A DNA stretch of 64,000 nt from Lytechinus pictus (lineage: Eukaryota). Position numbers and translations under genes: made by a program. Positions 37,361-49,986 of the stretch are shown here, one piece after another. Position 1 is the stretch's first letter. Each line of letters starts with the position of its first letter. The stretch spans positions 18,600,001-18,664,000 of the forward strand of contig NC_087246.1 in NCBI RefSeq assembly GCF_037042905.1. Direction: 5' to 3'. The notes under the pieces were generated by a model, which worked only from the letters and a program-made list of their open reading frames with translations, searched no databases and was not told the DNA's origin.

Positions 37361-38440
37361 ACCTCAAGTGCACTCACAGTCACTCGTACTAACCTCGTAC
37401 AGGTCAAGGCCGTGCAAGGGACCGTGTTTGACCCTGGATTTCGAATTAGTTGGCAAACATCGCTTCATTGCTGAAGTAGTATTTGCCGAAACTCCTTCTC
37501 GCTACGCACCGGGGGTCCGGGGCTCTTTCCAGTAAGTAGCAATACATAAAAAATTATACATATTAATTATTATTATGAAGTAATTTCATTACAAAAAGAG
37601 CAAATTTCGCTTACCTCGGCCTAGCAAGTGACTTCGTTTGTCTCTTCTACGGAAATACAAGGAAGCCCGTTGGTGGCGCTGATAAATTTCACAACCTTGA
37701 TTCAGCTCCTCGGTAATTTTATAACTGTGTCTAAATTCTTTGAATGCGCAATTCTTATGATTAATTTACTAATAATTATGGGCACCAATATTTTGAATAC
37801 CTTCAAATCATAATTCAAGATTACTATTGGCGATGATAACACTTTTTTTGCAATTTAAAACGATGACTAATAAAAAAAAAATGAAAAAAAAACATATGCC
37901 TGGATTGAAACCAGCAGTACAAGCTTTAACGAACGTCAATAATACGGCACTCTACCAAAGTCTATACAATGAAAAGATTGGACACTTCACGGACTTCGCG
38001 CAATGCCTTGCGTCGATTTACGTGTAAAATAGTGTAGGTGCCTAGTCTTTCCCTTGTCGTGTCTTTGATATGAATATAAATCGCGCGCCCTCTTCAGGCG
38101 AAAATTGATATCCACGCTGACCAATTTTTATCTTCGTGAAATCTTCACTAAAGATCAAGAAAATATACATATTTTTTAAAAGAAACTTCAAGGAGAAGTC
38201 ACGGAAGGATCTAAATGATTCGGTAAGTGTCGTAGCAGAATGTGAAATACCAGATTATGCGTGATATTTTATGTGGGCAAAAGCCCAGTATATTTTGGAT
38301 GTGTCTTGTGTTGCGTGCATATGACTGATATTTCTTCGCACGCGAGACGATATGAACACATGGGTGCCTCAAGTGATGTTCGTGCAGGCTCCACTCCACT
38401 TCACTACCGCTGCACCCGAACATCAAGGTACAAAACTCGC

Positions 38441-38806
38441 TCGGATGCTCCGAGTGGCAAAGGTGGGAAAAAATGCATATTTATTGTAAAAATTATACGA
38501 AGATAAGGCATAAAAAAGAATGAAAGCTTAATTTCTTACTTTACACCCTAATTTTGCTCCATATCCTTCCTCCGGTTAGCCTCAAAATTGGTGATTTAGA
38601 GCCAACATGGAGTTCCTCACACGTATAAATAATTTGTTGCCGATTTCAAAACATCGCATGCGGGAGGGTCCGAGCTCAGACCCTTGCGCATGTAATGTTA
38701 TGAAATCAGCAGCGGATACTCTGAGTGGCAAAGGTGGGAAAAAATGCATATTGTAAAAATTATACGAAGAAAAGGCATCAAAAAAGAATAAAAGCTTAAT
38801 TTCTTA
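38441..38806. repeat. About 95-bp direct repeat, two copies
   Basis: cggat(g/a)ctc(c/t)gagtggcaaaggtggg...aatttctta at 38441 and 38712. Confidence 0.8.
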
Positions 38807-41770
38807 TCTCATAAATAATGTACAGCTGTATCATATTTTTGAAAACTGTTGAGATATTGTGGTATTGATCGTGGCAAATTAGTGCTGTAGCTCGTTTCCT
38901 TCAACTCGGTCCGAACCCGGCTCGTAAATATTATCAGAATCATAGCTTGACCCGGTAGGCCCGGCAACCCAGACCAGCTAAAATTGATTGATGTCCATTG
39001 TCCATGCAAAAACAATGTTTTGACCTACATTTACTTGACTCTTATTCTGTGACCAACATCACCTTCTGACCTTGTTCTCAAAAGACGATACAAACCCCCA
39101 AAATATTCTATTCATAGTTTATATTATCCAGTAGTAATGTAGAGAGGGGATTGAGATGATACAAGGCCAACTCGCAATCCCTCACATGCTTATCATCAGT
39201 GCAGCGATCAACAGCAAGTCTGTGCACCGGTAGTGATTTACTACGAAACATGTGCTTTGAAATGATTTTTTTATGTATGCGTGAAATCGAGAGGCAGATT
39301 ACAAACCACATCGTTTATTATGTTATCATTCTGGTGACCCAATTTACAAACAGGCTCTCACAGAGATTGTTTCTGTCTACCATAGGGTAGATTTTTTTTT
39401 GGAGGGGTGGAGGTGGCAGAAAGTTAATTTCTGAGCGTATTTCATTCTTCATATTTGCTTTGAAGCAGTAGAATATTTTACTCAAACTATTTTTTGTGTG
39501 ATAGGCCTGCCTATTGATCAATAAGAATAATCTGAAAAAAATTATTCTCTTAGAAAAAAGTGTATTCCCCTTTAATAAAAAAATGAAATAAAATACATTT
39601 TTATTTCATATTAAAAATTTGACAATCAAAGTATCAGTCCGATATCATCCTACCCCCATATCATCCATTTAGTCATCTCATCTCTTCATCTCACACATTT
39701 TTTTGGGCTTGCTCTTGTACCCCCCCCCCCTTCTCTCTCTCTCTCCCTCTAACTGCACTCTCCTCTTCTCGTCCGTCTCCGTCCACCCTCTTTAATGTCT
39801 CCTTTAAATAGGAATTAAAATGTTTTGCACCCAGCTGAGCTATTATTTTTGGATCACCGACTTTGTGGAATACATGTATGTCAACACTACAGGGTTTTTT
39901 TTTTTTGGGGGGGGGGGCTTCTATGGTTACCGTTAGCAGAAAAAAATGATAATCTGATGTAAAAGATATCTCAATAAACCGGACAGATTATTTTACCAAA
40001 AAAAAGAAAGAAATATTCTGCATACATGTCATCACAATCATATATCAAAAGGAAAACTTCTTGAGTTATGACCATGCCTAATGGACCAACTGGCCTTTAC
40101 CTGTAAACAAATTGGACATTCTCACCCAGTGAACATTACTCTCAGCCAATCACATGACCAGTCACATGATATCACATGGCAGCTGCACTGTAAGCATGTG
40201 CGCCGTTAGCCGGCTAGCTATCGGATATTGTCTCAATCTCTCACACACAAGGCCATGACTCAGGAGGTCCATCATACACATCAATCAAAATCATGATGGG
40301 GAAAGAATGAAAATAAGGTAGGGATGCTTGGCCTTTGACCTGTCCCCTCGACCATCACACTAGGTGGACGGATTGCTTGTTAAAAACAGTTTCATGACTT
40401 TTATTGCAGTGACAAATGACACCTCAAATATTATAATCCGGGTTCATTTACCGAGTTAGAGGGATTCAAAGTGAAACCGGACCCGTAAAGCTCCGAGCCG
40501 GACAATGCCAACTCGGCAGGGCTCAGTCCGGTACGCGCGCGTCCGGTACAGGACTATGGAAATCCAATGACAATACTAATCTCGTTTAGGACCAAGTGTC
40601 GGAACTGATTTTCAAATACCTTTCCCCAAAGATACCCGAGACATGGTTCCCTTTTCATTAAAGAGATCCTTAGTAATGGGTCCAATTTTAAAAAGAAAAT
40701 CCTTCTAGTCATTCCACATCATGCACATGGGTCTCTTACTTAAGTCTTATTTTGACATTCTTCTCAGCCTCAGGCTTTATTTTCTCCCTCATTTTTTCTG
40801 AGATGTCTGGATTTGCTTTAAAATTCTCCTTCCTCTTTTAACATTTTGTAATGCTTGCGCACATAGGGCTTGTACATCTCATTGATATTCATAAGCCATG
40901 ACCACATGAATCTTAATTATATTCAGGTGTAGCATAATTTTTGACACATCGATCAGCTTGAATGGCATATTTCTGACCTTTGCTGTTGAAAACTATCACA
41001 CAGCTTTTTATTTTGGTTGATTCTGTAATGTATTTCTCAATTTTTGGAATAGCTCTCGGTGACAGTGAGCATTACTTACAATTCAATAAGTGAAGTGCAA
41101 TTCAGTACCATGTCATCTGCTAGCACATTTAGCACAGAGTATCTATCCAGAAGTTTATGCTTGTGCTAAAAAGCAATAAGGGGTGTACCAATAAAAGGGA
41201 AACTTAACTTTCATGATTGTTTGTGAGGAAATTATCCAGTCATTTATCATAAAACTCATGATACTTGTCTCATCAGCATTCCAAAGATACCCAATTTGTG
41301 TTTCTATGACCAAGTGTCACTGAACTCCACTGTTAAAAAGGAGGAAAACAGTAGGTGATTCACTTTCACTGTACATTGAATAGACAAGTTGTGCATATGT
41401 ACCTTTGAAGGATTTTTCTGTCAACATTACTTTAAAAACAAATGGTCATTTTTATGCATTTAAGTTGAAATTACTCAATATATTTGAAGCAAAATGTTCT
41501 TTGATGAAAACAAAATCATATTATTGGACATGAAAAGTGGTTGGATTTTTTCATGTCCTTCTTCCTTTAATTTTTCATTGTTTTGTGTCTATTGTGCTAA
41601 GCATAACAGTGAATGTGCACCCAGTACATTGTAGCTTTGATGATTTACATAAACAGTTAAATTGCTACTTTTTTACATGAGAGTCCATCAAATTCATATG
41701 TTTGCAGGTATTGTACAGTATGGTGTGCTTCTATAAGGGATTGCTCATGAATGATCATTTCCAACAACAT

Positions 41771-41953
41771 CAGGGGTGTGAGAGTTCAGATTTTTATCTG
41801 ATTTCAAATTTTTTGTTTTGATTTTCAGCTTAATTTCAGCTTATTTTTGGCCTTCCTCTGTACAAAAAGTATGGGAGCTCTTTCTTTTTCAGACTTTTTC
41901 AACACTCTTCAGCTTTTTTCAGATCTTTTTATTTGTGACCACTCACACCCCTG
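41771..41953. mobile_element. hAT-like MITE with 8-bp TSD
   Basis: caggggtgtgag / ctcacacccctg; TSD aacaacat. Confidence 0.85.
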
Positions 41954-42019
41954 AACAACATACAATTTTTACCCTTTTTTAACTCTTCCCTTCATGTTGC
42001 AGATATGTAAATAGAGACC

Positions 42020-45001
42020 ATGGCCGAGGAACTGATTTCAACCCCCAGACTAACTGACAATGGGCTTGACAACTGTGTTACTCCAGAGAGTTGGGAGATG
42101 CGACCCGAAGCCATTACTCCTGGGAAGCATCTGCAAATTTTGACCCCTAATGACCAGGCAGAGACAATGCCTTGTACCGGTGATGATGGCCGTTCATATT
42201 CTTTCAGTGGGTTCATGGAATTTGACATGTATGAAACACCACCGGGGGCACAACTATATAGAGATCAATGTACTGATGACATTTTATGTATGTCTTATCA
42301 AGAAATGGATACTCCAAGCAAAGCGGATGTTGCTTCTCCTGAGTCCCGCGCTGGAACACCTGATGAAATGGTCAACTTACCTGAAAACCCTCCACTTCAA
42401 GCTGATAATGAAGAAGGCTATTTTGCATACAAGGGTACACAAAATAATACCGAGATTGCATTGACTCGTGGTGAGCCTTCACTTGAAGCTTATGAGGAAG
42501 GAGGCTATTCTCCAAGCAGGGATGTCCAGGATAATACTGATATTGCTTTGAATGGTGAAGTTCAAAATTGTGAGTATGAAACTAAAAACAATGCTGAGGA
42601 GTTTATCAAGCTTGGGGACAGTGGTTTGCAGAGTTCTCTCAATGAAAATGAAATAGACAGTCAGCAACTTAAACAACATGAAGTTGAGGAATGTATCCTG
42701 GAAAGATTAGACCAGCAGAATTATCCTGAACAAGAAGATGAAGTTGGAGAGATAACTCCAATAGCACTGCCTGCAATGAACCACCAAACTTTCAAAAATG
42801 AACCTCAGCCATCACCTAAAGTTGATTCACTACATGGCTCATATCTCCTTAACTGTAATTTATCCCCAGCTTTTATCGATACCCAAACAGCAGAAGTATG
42901 CCACTCAGAAGAGACAACAGAATATCATACAGAATACCCAAATTGTCTTACTGGAAAAGATACAGAAGATTGCAAGGTTGAATGCCAAGGGGAACCAGAA
43001 GTACCACTGAAATCTTCACCTTTTCTTTCAGAGAATGCAATCTCTTCTCTCATTTCGATGGGGGTTCCCCGAGATGCTGATGAGATGGATCAACTTGCAG
43101 ACTTCCTCAATATGGATGACCCCTTCACTGAACCTGTAGTATCTCTAACTTCAGCTGGTTCATGCACAGTTCAATCAAGTGACATTACTTCTGAAGTAAT
43201 GAATAGTGTTCCCATGGATGTTGAAAAAATTGTAAGCCCACCGGCACCATCCAAAAGGAAAAAGAGACGAAAGAAAGTTGTTACAGTCACTGAAAGACGG
43301 AGATCTGTCAGGATTGCTAGAAGAGAGTCTCTGCTGAATTCACCTGATGTTGGTCTAGCCAAAGGTACTTCTGGGATATTACCAACCTGTGATCAGAAAA
43401 TTATAAGAGAAAGTGTAATAGGTAATTTCCAGGAAGACCACAAAGATCACGATGAATCACGAGGTGTCATTCATCAGGAAGTGGGGGAGAGCAGCTCTGC
43501 ATTGAATTATATGGAGATCAACACTTTAGATTCCAGGCCAATGATAGAACCTATCACAGTGACGGAACCTGGAGATGCTAAAGAATTGGGACATTTGAAA
43601 ATTGATTTACCCATGACTCAAAAGAGGAAGAAAAAAGCCAACAGTGGAAGAAGAAGATCAGTAAGGTTATTGAAACAAGATAAAGACAATGAAGATAACG
43701 ACATTGAAGCTGTTGCCAAAAAGCCTGTAGGAGACAAGGAAGAAACAAAGTGTGACAGTGTTTTCTTGGCAAATTTTGCTGACTTTGGATTGGGCGATGA
43801 TTGGATGCCGGGAGAGATGTTTGGTGAAAGCCAGTTTGCCAAGACACCAAGGGATAAATCTTCTAGAAGAAAGTCGGCTCGCTTGAGTGGGGTCCATATT
43901 CCACTCTTAGAACTTAAAAGCAAGTCAGAGGTGAAAGTCTATGGAGTAGACCAAGCCTGTTACGCTGATGTCCCTGATGTTTCAATGGGGAATGCACATG
44001 TACCAGACCCTGCATTAACTCTCTTATCCACACCTCCTCCCATGATCAGTGTTTCACAGCTGTTTCAGGATTCTGTTGAAAGTAACAATGAAAATATCAC
44101 AGAGGTTTCTCTTCAGAAACAAGATACAATCAAACCATCAAAAAGGAAGAAGAAGGGATCGTGCTCTAAAAGGAGAAGATCTATACGACTTACCAAGAAG
44201 CCAGAGGAAGAGCCAAGATGTGTTACAGATTACAAGCAAGAAAACTGGAACGCGGCGCCCATCAAGAAGGCTGCTACAAATTACAAAAGAAAGGAAATTG
44301 CACCTGATGTTTTACGAGAAGTGAAGGTTACAAGCTGTGATAACATCTTCCAGGAGCCATTGACAGAAGGAGAGCTGTTCACCGGTCTGAAACCACATGT
44401 GGATGATGTTCCAATGGATTCAGATGATTGCTATGGAGAGTCATCAGAGGTCATGGACTTCCAAAAAGTGGTGGTGAAATCAAATGTGAAAAGAGATACA
44501 CCTCTCATGGGTAGGAAGAGGGTCTCCAGGATCTCAGAGAAGGACAAAGAAATAGATGATGCCATTGCACAAGAGCAAAGTTGTCCAAAGAAAAGAACTC
44601 CCGCTGAGAAACAGGGTGATCCGGAACAAGATCATCAACAGCCACCTGAAGATATTGCTGAAGGGATTGAAGGATCAAGTGACAATAATTTTCGGGTCTC
44701 AAATAAGGTTAAATCTTTGTATCTTAAAAAAGGAGCAGCAGGTACGAAGAAGCACAACTTAGAGACAATCTTTGAGAGTCCAAAGAAAAGAGCGACAGGC
44801 ACTCCTGTGAATCTCCTAGGAAAGAAGAAATTGAAGCGAAGTGTTGTATTCACTGAGACACCATGGTTGGGGAGGACGGGAAGAACAAAGGGCAGGAAAG
44901 TTAAAAAGGGAAAACAAGTGAAAAGAGTACTGAGCAGTACAGTAGAGAAGAGCTGGAAGCTTGATTTAAGACTATCTGATCTGAATATCCTATCGATATG
45001 A
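42020..45001 (+). CDS. 993 aa PRR14/PRR14L/Tantalus-like nuclear protein, single coding exon
   Basis: Long open frame; accATGg start context; acceptor at 42001-42002; C-terminal YLKK...LETIFESPK...KKLKRSVVF resembles the Tantalus-like domain; otherwise acidic and probably disordered with basic clusters. Confidence 0.75.
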   Translation: MAEELISTPRLTDNGLDNCVTPESWEMRPEAITPGKHLQILTPNDQAETMPCTGDDGRSYSFSGFMEFDMYETPPGAQLYRDQCTDDILCMSYQEMDTPSKADVASPESRAGTPDEMVNLPENPPLQADNEEGYFAYKGTQNNTEIALTRGEPSLEAYEEGGYSPSRDVQDNTDIALNGEVQNCEYETKNNAEEFIKLGDSGLQSSLNENEIDSQQLKQHEVEECILERLDQQNYPEQEDEVGEITPIALPAMNHQTFKNEPQPSPKVDSLHGSYLLNCNLSPAFIDTQTAEVCHSEETTEYHTEYPNCLTGKDTEDCKVECQGEPEVPLKSSPFLSENAISSLISMGVPRDADEMDQLADFLNMDDPFTEPVVSLTSAGSCTVQSSDITSEVMNSVPMDVEKIVSPPAPSKRKKRRKKVVTVTERRRSVRIARRESLLNSPDVGLAKGTSGILPTCDQKIIRESVIGNFQEDHKDHDESRGVIHQEVGESSSALNYMEINTLDSRPMIEPITVTEPGDAKELGHLKIDLPMTQKRKKKANSGRRRSVRLLKQDKDNEDNDIEAVAKKPVGDKEETKCDSVFLANFADFGLGDDWMPGEMFGESQFAKTPRDKSSRRKSARLSGVHIPLLELKSKSEVKVYGVDQACYADVPDVSMGNAHVPDPALTLLSTPPPMISVSQLFQDSVESNNENITEVSLQKQDTIKPSKRKKKGSCSKRRRSIRLTKKPEEEPRCVTDYKQENWNAAPIKKAATNYKRKEIAPDVLREVKVTSCDNIFQEPLTEGELFTGLKPHVDDVPMDSDDCYGESSEVMDFQKVVVKSNVKRDTPLMGRKRVSRISEKDKEIDDAIAQEQSCPKKRTPAEKQGDPEQDHQQPPEDIAEGIEGSSDNNFRVSNKVKSLYLKKGAAGTKKHNLETIFESPKKRATGTPVNLLGKKKLKRSVVFTETPWLGRTGRTKGRKVKKGKQVKRVLSSTVEKSWKLDLRLSDLNILSI

Positions 45002-46560
45002 AATATCAAAGAAAATTTAAAAACCATCTAAACTTAATATTGTATTGTTTTCATATATTTGTTATCAACTTATTATTATTAGTATTATTACAATCTCTTT
45101 GGAGAATTTTGACTTCCAGAAGGTAAATTATACACATCTTGCATAATCTGTTGTTAGAAATATCTCCAATATAGGTGACTTTTCAATTTTTAGAAGGTTG
45201 ACTTTTGCAGAGTTGATTGATATTGTTATTATCATCATTATATTTTTTATCATTATTATGAATATTATCATCTTTATTATTTTTCATGTCTAAAATCTAT
45301 GATTATCTAGGCCTTAGTGAGAATCGATGTTAGAGAGGACCTACATGCAAGCGGGAGTTTTGAACAATGGGAGATAACAAAAGAATTCTCCTTTAAAATT
45401 TTCATGTCAATTAATAAGAATGATAAATATCAATAGGCTATTTGGTAGTATTTTTATTAGTATATAAAGAAGTTGTCTAATACAATCATGTGTTTGAGCT
45501 ACACAAATACTCTGTCCATTGAACCCATTTACATATTCAGGTGACATCAGAGTTGCCAACCCTTACAGAATTTAATGAGATGTGTTCTAATGTACATTCA
45601 TTGTAAATTTCCCGATTGAATGACTGAGCGAAAACCTTTTAATATGTTTTGTCTCGTAAGAAAACATTTGGTTCAGCCGTTTGGTTATTCACATTGTTAT
45701 TTCTTATCTGATTAATATTCCGTAATGGTAGGCATCTCTGTGACATGTAGATTTTTTGTCTTTTTTTGATGTAACAATATTTGGGATATCTGTTGCTATT
45801 GTTTCTGAAAAAAAAAATATTGGAATGCTTTTGTATGTGTATGTCTTTGCACATTCTGTCTCTATTGGATTTTTAAAAAATCTGAGAATATTTTGATTAA
45901 TCCACCCACAAGATTATAAATGGTCAAATTTATAGTGATCATGTCACTTATTTTCTTTTATCATTGTAATTTGTAATTACGCATCTACTGGTGTCACAAA
46001 AAGAGAAACTTCTCACCATCAGTAGATTGACAACTTTGTTCAATATTGTGCTACACTTGGGTTTGAGAAGTCAAACATCAGGAGATTCATACAAGATGAT
46101 CAGTAAATCAAAATCCTTTACATGTGGAGAATCAAAATGATGATCATATCAATCGAATTATAATAGAAACATATTCATGTGAATTGTTTTCAGAGGGTGG
46201 TTAAAAGATATTGCAGGAATAAGTTACTAATAATTTAATATCTAATAACTTTAGAGAGGTGCCAAGATTTGTATTCCATTACCATGCTCTGTACATCTCA
46301 TGTATAAAGGTGTAATTTGTTAAGACAGGAAAATTAATTCTCTTTAATACTCTTTATAATTATATTGATTCTCATGTAAATATACATATTACAAAAAGTA
46401 AATTCAGCTTAAATCAAAATGGATAACTATCAAAAGAAAAGGATTTGAGCAAAAATTTTCCAAAAATTTATTTATCTGTAAAAATGAAATTGATCCATCA
46501 GTTTATGCATGAGTGAGCAGACATTAATGGCAAATTTGCCATTCTATGGATTTTATTATA

Positions 46561-48067
46561 GGGCAGGTCCAAGCTATTTGACTTGTGACGTACGGGACAT
46601 TTAGAGACTTTAAAGTTGTGTAACATAAAAAATAAATGCACAACAGAAAATCTTTTATGGATTTTGGAAGGCCAGTTGTGCCCACTTAATTCAGTAAAAA
46701 ATTAGTAATCTACAATTCCATTAACGATGTAATATTTTAATTAATATGCGCTGTGACGTACGGGACCAGACAAAAGCTGATTAAAAAAAAAAAAAGAGTT
46801 TGTCATTAAAACTCTGTGAATTGGAATAAGCTGGAAATCTCTCATTATCATGTTTTCATCGTGTATCTTATCAAGTTTCATTAGCCATGAATGAAATAAT
46901 AGAACTCATTGTTATTATGTAATAGCTAAAAATATAAACATCCGCGCTGTGACGTACGGGACATTTGTCCATGTGTAAAACGAATGGGGAAAGTGAAATT
47001 TCATCAAAATTTACAATTCACTTGATGTAAACTAAAGTAAATTAAGTTTTACATGGATTATCATGATTGATATAGATTTATTTAATAGCATACACTGAAA
47101 CAGAACATAGCAAACACTTAACAACCTTATGAATATTATGAAAGATGTCTTGCAAATACTTCCATTTGTTAAACGAATGGGGAAAGTAAAATTTCATCAA
47201 AATTTATAATTAACTGGATATAAACCAAAGTAAGTAAGTTTGACATGCATTATTATGGTTGATTTATATTTCTATTATAGTATATGATTAAGCAAAACAT
47301 AAAAAAAACCTTTATGACCTTATAATTATGGAAGATTTAATGAATAACATATGTTAACAAGTATGCTAATATATGCACCCTTGTTATTTAATACAAATCA
47401 TAACTTTATTATCAGCCTTTTACCAATATTCAACCACTGATATAATATCATTTATCTCAATTTACTTGCTCTTTGCTACTACCGTAATTGGAGAAAAAAA
47501 ACCTAATTAGCAATACATAGAAATCCTATGTATAAAGTATGGTGTGTCCAGTACGTCACAAAGCTTAATTAGCTGATATAATTAAACATGAAATTAATTC
47601 AGTAAATTCACTTTAATTTTTGGATGTATAGTAATATAAATTAGAACTTTCCAAAGTGTGAAGAAAACTGTTCATCTTTTCCTTAATTAGAACCTAAAAA
47701 ACATATGCTAAATTGTGACGTACGGGACATTGCCTGTTGGACACCAGATAATTAACTTAATTAATTTTCAAAATCATTTTTTTTCTCAAATGTTTGTATT
47801 AACTTAGCACTACAAGTCCCCACAGAAATATTTTCAAATATATAATTTGCATTATTTGCAGACCAAAAAATGTGATGTCCCGTACGTCACGCTGATTAAT
47901 GATTTCTTAGGATCATGACCTTGGCATTCATTAAATTTGTGTTTTCAGAAGAAAAAAATATAGGACAAAAAACTTCAGATTTTAAGCTTTCAAATGACAT
48001 ACAATGTGTAAGATTTAGGCAAAGATATAATTTTGGCTTCAGAAGGGACAATAGCTTGGACCTGCCC
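46561..48067. mobile_element. 1.5-kb non-autonomous TIR transposon, possibly Sola-like
   Basis: gggcaggtccaagctatt / aatagcttggacctgccc; tata on both sides; six gtgacgtacgggac-type internal motifs. Confidence 0.75.
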
Positions 48068-49457
48068 TATAGCAGACATTTTCACTTCCAAATTCAGATT
48101 ATGTTTTAGCATTTCTTGCCATTTATTTCAATGTGTGCTCACTCAATAATGATATGAACAGCTCATTTTTTCACGCGCAAGTGATGGCACACTTTACAAT
48201 CAAGCCAATTTTTTATTTTTATCTGGATAATAATTCCAAATTTAAGGTGGTGGATGAACATCAGAATTTCCCTAAAAATAACCCATGCAAAATGAAAAAA
48301 AAAAGTATCGAGATAGGTGCATCTGAGATGAGCAATGAATGATAAACAACCACAATACTTTTATCACCTGAAAATTATATAGGTATAAAAATCCTAAACT
48401 TGCTATTAAACTGACTTTTGGAAAGTGACAAGTGTGCTCCTTCATGCTTATCTTAACAGATCAAATGTATGTATGCATAGTTCTGTAGTTAATAGGTTTA
48501 AGGACCTTCTTTTAAAAAAAAAATTACAAGCTAAACTATTTTGATTTATGAGGAACTTACTTCTTCTGTCGTGTTGAAATGATAATGCAAATAGTTTGTT
48601 GTGAAAGTCATCCTGAACATTATATGAAAATAAAAAAATATAGTGTTGTATATTTTGTCATAACATAGATTTCAATCTCCTTAAATTTATTTTCATATGA
48701 ATGAGATTGCAAAAAGTCTGTTGTGAAACATCATACTGAAAGTTCACTTGTAGATTTAAGAAATATATATATTTTATGTTTTGTTACATACTGCTTGTGT
48801 GAAAAGAAATGTATTCTGTAGAGCTCATCAAAAAGCAGTAATTGTACAAGTGTATATTCTGTGACAGGTAAGCCACTTTGTGAGACAAGTAAGAATTCAT
48901 AAAATACTGAAAACATTTTTTACCTCTTAATCAAATGTAAGTGGCCTTCCTGATAAAAATCTTGATGTACATATTCATATGTGGATATCTACAATTCAGC
49001 TGATAGTGCAGGATGTACGGGCTAGGGGCATGTTTGGCCTGAACCACCCTTAGTACCCCAGGCAAAAAAGGCAGGTGTTAACCATTGAAAATGTTTTTTC
49101 TTTGCATGTCAGATTCTTCAGTATCCAAACAGCAACCTATTTTACCTCCATGGCTGACCATGTTTGTCGAAGAGAACCAAATTTTTGACAAGGCGAACCC
49201 CCCGCACAAAAAGCTTGTACTGTATTCACTTCAGCTATAGATTGCATTTACTTTATGAAATGACTTATCCACTGTATTTTCATGATTCATGCTTGTTTTC
49301 CTGCCTTCAAGCAGAGATGTTTTTCATAAAGATTAGCATGTCTATACATGGCAATGGCAACCAATACTCTAATTTCAGTAGTAGTCATGTATTTTAATTT
49401 GCATGTTACACTTCCATATGCTATAAATACTTGTTTTGACCAATATCTTACTTTTAA

Positions 49458-49986
49458 AGGGGTACTCCGGGCTCAAAATATTTATGTCTAAATAAATGGA
49501 GTAAAATTCACAGAGTAAAATGCTGAAAATTTCATCAAACGTGAATAACAAATAACAAAGTTAAGCAATATTTTTTTTTAAACAGTTACATGAACTTCGT
49601 CATAAATATTCATCAAGTACACATCCTCACTTTCCCTTTTCTTATGTTATTACATGAAATCATAATTGTTTTATTTTTCATACATGTGTGAATGATATGA
49701 ATCCCTTATAATGAAACAAGTAGCAGCAATGAATATCTAATGAGTTAAACCAATCTAATTATTAAAGTTCTACATGTAGGTAGAAAATATTTTCACAAAG
49801 CTAATTTCATATACTGTAATAAAATACAAAAGAACAAGTGGGGATATGACATCAGTTTGCTCATTAAATATTCATGAAGACATGCCCAGAACTGTTTCAC
49901 CAGAATAATGCAAATTATGCCATAGCTTTGATATTCCTTGTCCGATTTCGATCAAATTTTCAGTGTTTTTAGCCTGAAGCATCCCT
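49458..49986. mobile_element. Kolobok-like MITE
   Basis: ttaa|aggggtactccgggct ... agcctgaagcatccct|ttaa. Confidence 0.65.

Noticed and set aside
41992-45027. Short overlapping and antisense ORFs within the 993 aa gene
   Set aside because: They are shadow frames with no recognisable motifs.
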